Shown here in pieces: positions 48,754 through 57,735 of a stretch of DNA of 64,000 nucleotides. The notes beneath the pieces were generated by a model, which was not told the origin of the DNA, did no database searches, and saw only the letters and a program-made list of their open reading frames with translations. Numbering within the stretch: the stretch's first letter is position 1; each line of letters begins with the position of its first letter. A program made the position numbers and the translations under genes. Where the stretch lies: positions 62,001 through 126,000 of IMG/VR virus record IMGVR_UViG_3300031857_000002. One strand, 5' to 3'.

Positions 48754-50024
48754 GCGATAAAGTATTTCCAATAAAGAGTGACACAGCCTGTTTGTTAAAA
48801 TGGGCGTGGTCAACAGTGTATCTAGGGCAGGGCACAAGCTCTAGTTGTCATAGAACAGATCAAGCACCTATTCCTGTAGACAACTTTGCGAGTTTTCACA
48901 ATCTACCCAATAAAGTACGTGCTAGAGAAATGATGCGTCGTGGAGAATGGCCACAAGAAGGCTGTCAGTACTGTGAAAAGATTGAGGCAGCAGGCGGACT
49001 CAGTGATAGACAATATCAATTAAAAGCTGGACACGAACGAGACCGCACTCCTGAAGAATTAATTGTTGATCCAGAAACAAATGAAGTAGTGCCCACTATC
49101 TTAGAAGTGTACTTCAGCAACGTGTGTAACATGGCTTGCTTGTACTGCGGAAGTCACTTTAGTACAAAATGGGAAGAAGAAAACAAAAGATTTGGCATAT
49201 TTGAACAAGGGCGTGTGAAGTTTGGATTTAATCAGCCCTCAAACCCCAATTACGAAAAACAACTGGCAGACTTTTGGCAGTATCTAGAAGATAAAGATCG
49301 CTATAAACACATACGCTACTATCAGATCTTGGGCGGGGAACCGTTCTTTCAAAAGGAATTTGATACCAGCTTGGACTTCTGGGAAGCACACCCTAACCCT
49401 GAACTAACGTTCAATATCATTACCAACTTGAAAGTGCCCACAAAGAAGTTCCGAGCATATATTGATCGCTTTGGGGCAATGGTTGAATCAGGTGCGTTGA
49501 AAAGATTACAAATTACAGGCAGCTTAGACGCATGGGGACCGCAAGAAGAATATGTACGCTGGGGACTAGACTTGGCTGAATGGCAAGAGAACTGGGAATA
49601 TCTCTTGGATAAAGACTGGGTTGTGATGTGTATGAATACAGCTATTAGTGCATTGACAATCAAAACACTTCCTGATCTAGTGGAACGCATTAATGGCTGG
49701 AACGCTAGACGCAATCCCTGGAATCCCATCAGCTTCAGTTTTATGAGTGTAATGACACCGCCCGAAATGGTTCCGGACATATTTGGTGCAGGTGTATTTG
49801 ATCAGGATTTTGAGCGTGTGTTAGCAGCCATGCCCACAGACAAGCCAGGATCCCAAGATGCACGTGAACACATGGCAGGCATCATGCGACAGATATCTGC
49901 AGGCCCACGTGATGTTTCACGTATAGAAGATCTAAAGGTTTATTTGACTGAAATAGATCGACGCAGAGGAACCCGTTGGCAAGACTTGTTCCCTTGGCTG
50001 GATCAGCCTTTTATTGTGGTATGA
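48750..50024 (+). CDS. radical SAM enzyme 7
   Basis: CNMACLYC and LGGEP motifs; N-terminal CLLKW, SCHR, CQYC. Visibly paralogous to 41641-43023. Confidence 0.92.
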   Translation: MSDKVFPIKSDTACLLKWAWSTVYLGQGTSSSCHRTDQAPIPVDNFASFHNLPNKVRAREMMRRGEWPQEGCQYCEKIEAAGGLSDRQYQLKAGHERDRTPEELIVDPETNEVVPTILEVYFSNVCNMACLYCGSHFSTKWEEENKRFGIFEQGRVKFGFNQPSNPNYEKQLADFWQYLEDKDRYKHIRYYQILGGEPFFQKEFDTSLDFWEAHPNPELTFNIITNLKVPTKKFRAYIDRFGAMVESGALKRLQITGSLDAWGPQEEYVRWGLDLAEWQENWEYLLDKDWVVMCMNTAISALTIKTLPDLVERINGWNARRNPWNPISFSFMSVMTPPEMVPDIFGAGVFDQDFERVLAAMPTDKPGSQDAREHMAGIMRQISAGPRDVSRIEDLKVYLTEIDRRRGTRWQDLFPWLDQPFIVV

Positions 50025-51085
50025 TTGTCTGTGGGATTGACTTGTTGATCAACGCCCAGGAACTGCTGTAATCCAGAAGAAAAGAATATGTGAAACGAGT
50101 ACTTTTCGTAGGTTTCACGTAAAAATTCAGCAGCCGCTATATGCTCAGGATTGTCGGGGTCGAGCACATCATGCTCGCTGAAGTCGTGCCATGTGCCCCA
50201 ATCTTCTAGCTTGGTAATGCTGCCAATAAATCCAAAATACAAACACAGTTCACAAAAGTTCTTCATGTCTCTGTAGTTGTTTTTTTGCATGACCATTGTG
50301 AGTGCTACATTATGACTGGAACCGTCGGGTTTACTGGTGTTTTCTTTGAGGAATATAAAGTTATCCATGAGCTGTTCCCAGCGTCCGCCCAGTCTAACTT
50401 GTTCATACACATCTGCTGAACCTGCATCTATGCTAATCAAATATTCGTCAATGTGCGCTGTAACAGGATTGTCTGTGAGTTGTTTGCGCAATAACAAGCC
50501 ATTAGTAAACAGTTTGATCCACTGCTTTTCGCGTGGTTTGTATCTGTGTAGCAACGGACGCATGATACTGCTGGCAAGTGGATCGCCATTGCCACTCATG
50601 ATAATTCTGCAAGGTTGTTCAAACTGCTCTAGCATGTCCACTAGATGATTGACCCATGCTAGCTTTTCTTCGTATTTGTCACCACTGGTAATCATTACAG
50701 CATCTTTTCTACAGCTGGGACAATGTAAATTACAGCTTTCATCTATGTTGATACTGATAGTGTATTCAGTTTCAACCATGTCATAGTGCATGACACCACA
50801 ACGTGTGACAGCACAGTTATCAAATGTTCGGTTGTCAATGCTTTGTTGTAGAGCCTGTGCTGTAGGGCTGGCCCACACATCTTCCAGTCGTACAAAGTCT
50901 GTGATTTTGCCCACACTGATAGGCAACCACAGTTCACAACCACACACAAAACAATCGCCTTTCCAATCTACTAGCAGTTTCCTACTGGGTGCGTTACAGT
51001 GATGATCTACCTGTAACTTCAAGTCCTTGTTACGTGGAACAGTGTTCCAGTGAAACTGATTTTCAATTGGAATAACAAACTTCAT
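50003..51085 (-). CDS. radical SAM enzyme 8
   Basis: CNLHCPSC and GNGDP motifs; N-terminal CNAP...GDCFVCGC...CAVTRC. Likely start is the ATG at 51085 (ATGA overlap). Confidence 0.9.
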   Translation of the reverse strand: MKFVIPIENQFHWNTVPRNKDLKLQVDHHCNAPSRKLLVDWKGDCFVCGCELWLPISVGKITDFVRLEDVWASPTAQALQQSIDNRTFDNCAVTRCGVMHYDMVETEYTISINIDESCNLHCPSCRKDAVMITSGDKYEEKLAWVNHLVDMLEQFEQPCRIIMSGNGDPLASSIMRPLLHRYKPREKQWIKLFTNGLLLRKQLTDNPVTAHIDEYLISIDAGSADVYEQVRLGGRWEQLMDNFIFLKENTSKPDGSSHNVALTMVMQKNNYRDMKNFCELCLYFGFIGSITKLEDWGTWHDFSEHDVLDPDNPEHIAAAEFLRETYEKYSFHIFFSSGLQQFLGVDQQVNPTDNHTTIKG

Positions 51086-52101
51086 AGATATGTCTCTAAA
51101 CCGCCACGACGTGTCAAGTCCTGTGTACAGCATGAGATACCACCATCCCAGAAGTAGCTGTGACGCAGTTCACTGATAATAGGATTGATTCTGTGCTTTT
51201 TGCAGTAGTCAAACACTTCTTTGTTGTAGGCACTGAAGATGACGTTTTCTTCGTCTAGTGCCAAGCAGTTGACGTCAAACACAGTTTCGGCAACAAAGCC
51301 AGTCCACTTATTTAGATATTTGTCCACAAATTGTGTAAATTCGGGTGTGGGTGTTTGTCCTTGCACATACCATGCACCGGGGCTTTGTTCGTACTTGAAC
51401 TTGCCTATTTCCATGGCAGCCCAGATCGAGCTGTCCCAGATTTTACAAACGTCCCATCCTGGGAAGTCTTTGGCCAGATCCAAGTTGACATCGTGTTTGC
51501 TGCTCAGTAGTACGCCAGGCTTGAGAATGGCAAACACAGCATCACCGTGTCCGTCAGTAATTGCTTCGTGTATTCTGTACTCAGGACCCAGAACATTGTC
51601 CACGATCCATCGTGTTTGATCTGGACGTAAAAAGTCTGAATTGTCAAAAAACACATCGCGACCCACACGCACAATACAACTAGCACTGGCCCCGTTGAGG
51701 ATACAGTTTTCGTCCCAGCGCCCTTGATGCGGGTTAACCACTTGATCCTTGTAGTCAGCACAAATTTCATCTAGTTCTTCCATGTTTAGCACACGTAGCA
51801 GTTTGTCGCCCAGGGTGATTTGCCAATCGCGTGGGGTCAGTGGCGGCAGCGGAGCACCTCCTCCTTCAGTTTGATGCCAAATAAATTGATCTTTACTGGG
51901 CAGATTGGGCCTGCGTACTCGTGCACCATATTTCTCAATTGTGCGTTGTAGGCCGTTGAGATCTTCTTCAGTTTCGTAGAGAATCTGTTGCAGTTGATTA
52001 CGCACTTGTGGATTGTCGATAAAGTCAAAGTAATCAGGTGAGTAGGCGCGACCCACAATGACCTCTTCAAGAGGCTGCCAACTGGTGTAAGAATTAATCA
52101 T
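51082..52101 (-). CDS. amidinotransferase (StrB1/glycine amidinotransferase family)
   Basis: NSYTSWQPLEEVIVG, PRD, GHGD, FDVNCL and RHSYFWDGGISCCT (catalytic Cys region). Confidence 0.85.
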   Translation of the reverse strand: MINSYTSWQPLEEVIVGRAYSPDYFDFIDNPQVRNQLQQILYETEEDLNGLQRTIEKYGARVRRPNLPSKDQFIWHQTEGGGAPLPPLTPRDWQITLGDKLLRVLNMEELDEICADYKDQVVNPHQGRWDENCILNGASASCIVRVGRDVFFDNSDFLRPDQTRWIVDNVLGPEYRIHEAITDGHGDAVFAILKPGVLLSSKHDVNLDLAKDFPGWDVCKIWDSSIWAAMEIGKFKYEQSPGAWYVQGQTPTPEFTQFVDKYLNKWTGFVAETVFDVNCLALDEENVIFSAYNKEVFDYCKKHRINPIISELRHSYFWDGGISCCTQDLTRRGGLETYL

Positions 52102-53248
52102 AGGATTGTAGTTTAGTGAATAAAGTATTTAAACGATGGCTCTTGTTGGCCAAAAATAACTGCTGGTTGTGTTGTATATCGTCCCAACAGCGTAGAAAAT
52201 GCCCATGCGGGTCTTGTTGTATTTGCTTGAGTGTGTGTTTTACTTTTAACCAACGTTGTGTGTTGTTGGTTTCCGTGTCGTATGTGTTATCTAGTACTGA
52301 ATCAAATGTTTTATAACCCAAATCACGCAAGCATTGTAAGCTGCCTGCGGGTGCTACTAGCACAAATGGCTGGCCATTCTTTATGGGCTTGAAAGTCTTT
52401 TCGGTTAGGAATGTGCCGCCAGAGCCGTCGGCATCAAAATGAGTTTCTAACACTAGATTAAAGTATGCATTGGCATAGTGCTCATTAACCGTTAAACTGT
52501 GATCATTATGTTGTTCAGTAGTTAAATTGTCACAGGTATAAGGTCCTGCTCGCATAAAGGCAGGAATGTCTATGCCAGGCAACTGCTCTATGGGATTGTC
52601 GCTGGGCGCATCACCTAGTACTAAATTAGTATTGTAACTCCACAGGCTGTGCCCCAACATGCCAGATTGTTGCAAGTCAGACATGACACTAGCCCGCCAC
52701 CATTTGTGTGTTCTACTGAGCGCAACAAATTCGTACGTTCTAGCACAACGATGCAACTCAGCAGGTGCAACTGCTCGATTCCTTCGCCAATACAGTAGTT
52801 CATGATCAGGAAAGTACACAAAGCCTGGTACGGAATCTGCTGTGGTGTTACCTGAAACAAATCTATAACAGGCAACGGACAAGTTGTGTTGCACACACAA
52901 CGCATCTAGTCTAGCTTTGATGTTGTGGGGATTATCGCCTTCGTGATAGTAAAACAACACAGTGATCGTGCCTTGGCAAACGCCCTGCATGATGCTGGGC
53001 TGTATTAGTGCAAAGTAGTCTATCGAGAAATCAAAGAAGCCCAAGCCTATGGTGTAGTATTGTCCACCATCAGTGTTTAGTGAGTATTCAACGCCATGAT
53101 CGTCCATGTGAGCAAACAGTTCTGCAGGTGTGGTATGTGGCCAGTGTTGCCCAAACTCACGCCAGGCCTGTGTATAAGGTCTAGCTTGATGCTGTGCCAA
53201 TGCAGGATATGGCTGACCTTTAATAATCGAATCAGCTACGAAGTTCAT
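52094..53248 (-). CDS. glycosyltransferase-like protein (VxET/TEK family), paralog 2
   Basis: FNLVLETHF...FLTEKTFKPI..GQPF...LRDLGYKTFD. Confidence 0.5.
   Translation of the reverse strand: MNFVADSIIKGQPYPALAQHQARPYTQAWREFGQHWPHTTPAELFAHMDDHGVEYSLNTDGGQYYTIGLGFFDFSIDYFALIQPSIMQGVCQGTITVLFYYHEGDNPHNIKARLDALCVQHNLSVACYRFVSGNTTADSVPGFVYFPDHELLYWRRNRAVAPAELHRCARTYEFVALSRTHKWWRASVMSDLQQSGMLGHSLWSYNTNLVLGDAPSDNPIEQLPGIDIPAFMRAGPYTCDNLTTEQHNDHSLTVNEHYANAYFNLVLETHFDADGSGGTFLTEKTFKPIKNGQPFVLVAPAGSLQCLRDLGYKTFDSVLDNTYDTETNNTQRWLKVKHTLKQIQQDPHGHFLRCWDDIQHNQQLFLANKSHRLNTLFTKLQSYD
52126..52133 (-). promoter_or_regulatory. possible late promoter (TTTAAATA) upstream of the amidinotransferase
   Basis: TAAATA core 24 nt before the ATG at 52101, inside the upstream CDS. 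It could be a chance match. Confidence 0.35.
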
Positions 53249-54338
53249 TTAGCATGTTAATCAGTTCAGGCCACAGGATGTTTTCCAGCCCAGTGCCATA
53301 AAAGTGTTCAAAGTTGTGTTCTACAATAGGCAGACAAGCACGATGTATTTGTTGCCGTTCAGTCTCACTTAGTGAATCTAGATCTTTTAACAGTTGGGTA
53401 ACTTTTTCAATTCGCTTGACGTCATCTTCTTCTAGGTCATAGCTTTCATCAAATATGCCGTCAAATGTTCGAAATCCATAACTGCGCATGTACTCTAGGC
53501 TGTGTGCAGGCGCTACCAACGCAAAAGGCATTTCCAGTGCAATAGCCTTGAATGTTTTTTCAGTAATATGTAATCTCTTGCCAAAGTAAACAGTTTCGGT
53601 AGGAACATACACAAGACTGTCTTGCGCCTCTGCATAATTGCTTAACCAACAGCTGGTCATGACTTGAGTTTCTTCACCTACAAATAATCTTGGCAACTCT
53701 GCTGCCAAGAACACTTGCTCTATGTCAGGATATATGTTATTATACTTGAGTGCTATTTGTGAGATGTCCACGTGTTCGTAAGGACATATCCTAGGAGCCG
53801 AAATATAATTCTTTTCTAACCCTTGCTTGAATATATTATACAAAAACAAAACTCTATGATCGCGTTTGCCAGCAACAATTCTATTGGGGCTCATAAAAGT
53901 GCGAGTAGGTGTTCTATCAACGGCTCTGGGAATCAAAAAAGTTTTATCGTACCCGCGAAACCAGTCTTTACAGGCCCATCCGTGATAAAAATAATAATGA
54001 CTTTTCCAACCATATATATTACGAAGTTTTTCAACATATTCCCCTTGCTCACTAACAATTACATGTCCACCTTCAAAAGGATCGTTGTTATCTACTCTTA
54101 TTTGCTGAGTATACTCTTTAACTTTTTGAAACAATGGTCTGTGAATATCTAAATGTACAGGTTCTTGATCGTGAAAAAATACAAAATTATTTTCTGGGAT
54201 ATCATCTCTCCCATAGTTGAACAATGCGTCGGGGTCAGTGCATCCAGGAGGATCGCAAAAATATGCTTGGGTACCAGGAATATGTTTGTTAATCCAGGGC
54301 CAAAAAGTGTTGTTGTAAATTTCGTCTATTCTAATCAT
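53232..54338 (-). CDS. glycosyltransferase-like protein (VxET/TEK family), paralog 3
   Basis: VYVPTETVY...HITEKTFKAI..EMPF...MRSYGFRTFD. Confidence 0.5.
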   Translation of the reverse strand: MIRIDEIYNNTFWPWINKHIPGTQAYFCDPPGCTDPDALFNYGRDDIPENNFVFFHDQEPVHLDIHRPLFQKVKEYTQQIRVDNNDPFEGGHVIVSEQGEYVEKLRNIYGWKSHYYFYHGWACKDWFRGYDKTFLIPRAVDRTPTRTFMSPNRIVAGKRDHRVLFLYNIFKQGLEKNYISAPRICPYEHVDISQIALKYNNIYPDIEQVFLAAELPRLFVGEETQVMTSCWLSNYAEAQDSLVYVPTETVYFGKRLHITEKTFKAIALEMPFALVAPAHSLEYMRSYGFRTFDGIFDESYDLEEDDVKRIEKVTQLLKDLDSLSETERQQIHRACLPIVEHNFEHFYGTGLENILWPELINMLNELRS

Positions 54339-57300
54339 GTTTGATATTTTTTATTCAGGTAAGAAGCCAGGGTTGTTTGCGCATGAGCGTGCGGCAGATA
54401 GTATTGAGCATGCACAAAGTTTGAGTCGCACAAGGTTCTTTTGGTGGGTGTCATACTTATGTGACTACTCTAGCTGGGATTGGTTTTACGAACCGCCACC
54501 TTGGCAAGCTCAACAGAACCATGTGTGGCCGTCAAAGTGGCATCAGTACTCGGGCACATGCCTCATACCCAAGGCACCTACAGACCAATGGAACTTTCAT
54601 AAAGATGATGTAGCAACACGGCCTGTGGAACAAAACTGGAAGGTGTTGCATGCTATTGATCATGCACAGTTTGATTTCTCCTGGCATCCACACCCATTAG
54701 ACCCACCATACATTTACGTGTGGGGCAATCAGCACTGGCCTGGGGAAAAGATGCCCACAGTGGAATATCATGTGGAAGGCGCAACAGAACGCAAGTACAT
54801 GGACTGGTCGGCCTCACTACGCCCAAGAACTACAAATTGGACAACACCTACCTTGATTGATCCTAATAGTGTAGATTATTCTTGGCAACCAGACCCACAA
54901 GACCCTCCCTACATCTACGAGTTTGCTACACAATGGCAGCCCAATGGAGGTGCTGTGTACACAGTACCAGGCGCAACTGAACGAAAGTATGTGCAAATTC
55001 AACATCGTAGATTGCCCAACAAGGCAGCGTTTACCAAGCTAGAGGTTGTGCAGGACTTTGACTATTCATGGCACCCAGACAACACTGAGCTGCCTTACAC
55101 GTATGTGTTTGGTAATCAGCATTGGGCAGGTACCGAAATGCCCACAATGGTGTATAAGATGACCGGCGCCACACAAGAGAAGTTTGTGGACAATGTTGTT
55201 GCTCGCCTGGCCAGTAACATGGGCAATTGGGAGTTTGGTGAAGACATTGACCAGGAAGCATGGGACTGGACCTGGGTGCCTAATCCCAAAGAGCCGCCTT
55301 ACACGTATGTGTTTGGTAATCAGTGGAATCCCCCAGAGTTCAAAGCCAGTATAAAATATCATGTGCCTGGAGCGACCAACGTCAAGTACATGGAACGCCG
55401 CACCACAAGATTACCACAGCCCGCACAGTTTAGATACAATGTTGCTGTGAGCAAGTTTGATTACTCGTGGGAGCCCAATCCTTTTGATCCGCCTATGACC
55501 TATGTGTTTGGCAATCAATGGAACTCGGCTGTGCTAGAACCCACTGTGGTCTACAGCACCGGCGGCACAGAAATCAAGTATGTGGATGATATCATTGCCA
55601 CAGTAGCACAAGATGTTGGTGCTTGGGAATTGTTGGATAACATTGAATCGTTTGATTACTCCTGGAGACCCAATCCCACAGACCCTCCTTATATCTATGT
55701 GTTTGGTAATCAGTGGCTCACACCAGAACAACGCCCTGCACTACAGTATCGAGTTGAAGGTGCCACACAAATCAAATACATGGATCATCCACGGGCACAA
55801 CGTCGTGGCGATCACACACGATTTGTACAGCACTATCCTGCAGATTTTGATTGGTCCTGGGAACCAGAGCCAGGATCTCCGCCTTACATGTATGTGTTTG
55901 GCAATCAATACTATTCAGCAGAAGTCATGCCCACTGTAGAATATCGCATGCCTGGCGCAACTGAATACAAGTACATGGATCTAGCCGCACAATTGATGCC
56001 AAATCACAGCAATCATTGGCATACACTTGTTGATTGTGAATGGGATTATGCCTGGCGCCCGGAGCCTGGATCTCCCGCCTATATCTATGTGTTTGGCAAT
56101 CAATGGTGGTCAGCTGAGAAAATGCCCACAGTGGAATATCACATGCCTGGCGCTACAGAACGCAAGTACATGTCAGGACCTGTAGCACAGTTACTAATAG
56201 ACATGAGCAAGTGGACTATTCCTGAACATGTGAACACTACTGACATGGACTTTTCATGGTGTCCGGATCCAGGCGAACCTCCTTACATTTATCAGTTTGC
56301 CACACAGCACCAAAAGACAGGTGGCCCACAGTATCGCATGCCAGGGGCCACTGAGTTCAAGTATGTGGACATGATGCGAGCCGAAGTCAAGCGAGAAGCC
56401 GCTCCCATATTTGAAATAGATCACTTAGATGGTGCCGCAGGCCAGATTCCTGATGTAGTCAAGAAAGTGCGTTACTTTGACAACTACAGAGATACACTAA
56501 TACGCCTAGCTAAAAGTTTAGCAGGTGAATACGAACATGTATGGGTGTGTAGCAGTATATGTGATTACACAGACTTTGATTTTTCGTGGCATCCCGAAAC
56601 ATGGCAGTCAACAATGTTGCATGTGTTTGCATCGGATAAAGAAAAATTTGGCGACACATTCTATATGCATGTGCCTACCTTTGCTGAACGTGCTGAAAAG
56701 AAAGCCTTATTAGAATGGTATAGCGTAAACTATGTGCCACGCCGGAGTGTACCACGTAGACCCATGCCTGTGATTCAACACACAGCAGACAGTCATGTGG
56801 ATGCAGTTAAAAACATAGCATGGGCAGGACCACTTGCTACATTTACCACAACAGATTATGTTCCGGGTAACATGATTACTGTTCCGCTATGGCGCAAAGA
56901 AACCAAAACTATTGTTCCATTAAGTGCAGGTGCATCAAGTGTGATTGTGCCAAGAGTAGCAGTAGGAGATGTTCGTACACAGCTATATGATTATGCTTAC
57001 ATAGACAAAACACATCGTATGTTAAAAGATCATCCCTTGGATATTGTGTTTATTTCAAATGGCGAACCCTATGCTGAGTTTAACTATGAACACTTGAAGT
57101 GGGCTGTGCAAATGGAAGGGTTAGATTGTAATCACATACATCACTCAAAGGGCGTGAACGGACGTGTGGCAGCATATCAGGCAGCTGCCAGAATGAGCAC
57201 GACACCTTGGTTCTTTGCAGTGTTTGCCAAGCTAGAAGTTGATCATAGATTTGACTGGACTTGGCAACCAGATCGCATGCAACAGCCCAAGCACTATATC

Positions 57301-57735
57301 TTCCATGCACACAATCCTGTGAATGGTCTAGTGTACGGTCATCAGGCCATGATTGCCTACAACAAAAAAATGGTGCTAGAGAACACAGGTAACGGCTTGG
57401 ACTTTACCATGGACCAACCGCACGAAGTTGTGCCTATCATATCAGGCACAGCCAACTACACAGAGTCACCTTGGATGGCCTGGCGTACAGCATTCCGCGA
57501 AGTACTTAAACTCAAGCACAGTTTACCTGATGTGGAAAATGAGTACAGACTCAACATGTGGCTTAGCGATGCAGGAGAAGTCAAGAATGCAGAGTGGAGC
57601 CGCTTTGGAGCAGAGGATGCTGTAGAATACTACGATCAAGTTGCTGGAGATTTTGCAGCTCTTAAGAAGAGCTATGAATGGACCTGGCTGGCAAGTTATG
57701 CGTTTATGCGACGCAGTCTAACACCTGATCGCTGA
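54337..57735 (+). CDS. W/P/Y-repeat protein with a C-terminal glycosyltransferase-like domain
   Basis: Nine ~65-aa repeats. The C-terminal DIVFISNGEP...GVNGRVAAYQAAA...AWRTAFRE is paralogous to 34975-35907. Confidence 0.75.
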   Translation: MFDIFYSGKKPGLFAHERAADSIEHAQSLSRTRFFWWVSYLCDYSSWDWFYEPPPWQAQQNHVWPSKWHQYSGTCLIPKAPTDQWNFHKDDVATRPVEQNWKVLHAIDHAQFDFSWHPHPLDPPYIYVWGNQHWPGEKMPTVEYHVEGATERKYMDWSASLRPRTTNWTTPTLIDPNSVDYSWQPDPQDPPYIYEFATQWQPNGGAVYTVPGATERKYVQIQHRRLPNKAAFTKLEVVQDFDYSWHPDNTELPYTYVFGNQHWAGTEMPTMVYKMTGATQEKFVDNVVARLASNMGNWEFGEDIDQEAWDWTWVPNPKEPPYTYVFGNQWNPPEFKASIKYHVPGATNVKYMERRTTRLPQPAQFRYNVAVSKFDYSWEPNPFDPPMTYVFGNQWNSAVLEPTVVYSTGGTEIKYVDDIIATVAQDVGAWELLDNIESFDYSWRPNPTDPPYIYVFGNQWLTPEQRPALQYRVEGATQIKYMDHPRAQRRGDHTRFVQHYPADFDWSWEPEPGSPPYMYVFGNQYYSAEVMPTVEYRMPGATEYKYMDLAAQLMPNHSNHWHTLVDCEWDYAWRPEPGSPAYIYVFGNQWWSAEKMPTVEYHMPGATERKYMSGPVAQLLIDMSKWTIPEHVNTTDMDFSWCPDPGEPPYIYQFATQHQKTGGPQYRMPGATEFKYVDMMRAEVKREAAPIFEIDHLDGAAGQIPDVVKKVRYFDNYRDTLIRLAKSLAGEYEHVWVCSSICDYTDFDFSWHPETWQSTMLHVFASDKEKFGDTFYMHVPTFAERAEKKALLEWYSVNYVPRRSVPRRPMPVIQHTADSHVDAVKNIAWAGPLATFTTTDYVPGNMITVPLWRKETKTIVPLSAGASSVIVPRVAVGDVRTQLYDYAYIDKTHRMLKDHPLDIVFISNGEPYAEFNYEHLKWAVQMEGLDCNHIHHSKGVNGRVAAYQAAARMSTTPWFFAVFAKLEVDHRFDWTWQPDRMQQPKHYIFHAHNPVNGLVYGHQAMIAYNKKMVLENTGNGLDFTMDQPHEVVPIISGTANYTESPWMAWRTAFREVLKLKHSLPDVENEYRLNMWLSDAGEVKNAEWSRFGAEDAVEYYDQVAGDFAALKKSYEWTWLASYAFMRRSLTPDR
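54670..56370 (+). repeat. nine tandem ~65-aa coding repeats, consensus FD(Y/W)SWxPxPxDPPYxYVFGNQxxxxExxPTVxYxxPGATExKYxD
   Basis: Counted directly in the translation. The DNA core TATGTGTTTGG(T/C)AATCA recurs. Confidence 0.9.

Noticed and set aside
36565-51085. 7-deazaguanine DNA modification (QueE) or ribonucleotide reductase activase roles for the radical SAM enzymes
   Set aside because: The proteins are 360-460 aa with auxiliary Cys clusters, and no queC, queD, folE, dpdA or nrdD is recognisable in the window.
43020-52101. Saxitoxin gene cluster (amidinotransferase, carbamoyltransferase, PFIY peptide, GDSL protein)
   Set aside because: There is no SxtA-like PKS/aminotransferase fusion or other core sxt gene, and the surrounding genes point to sugar chemistry.
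54670-56370. CRISPR array or diversity-generating retroelement repeats
   Set aside because: These are protein-level repeats with synonymous divergence. There is no reverse transcriptase and no adenine-specific TR/VR pair.
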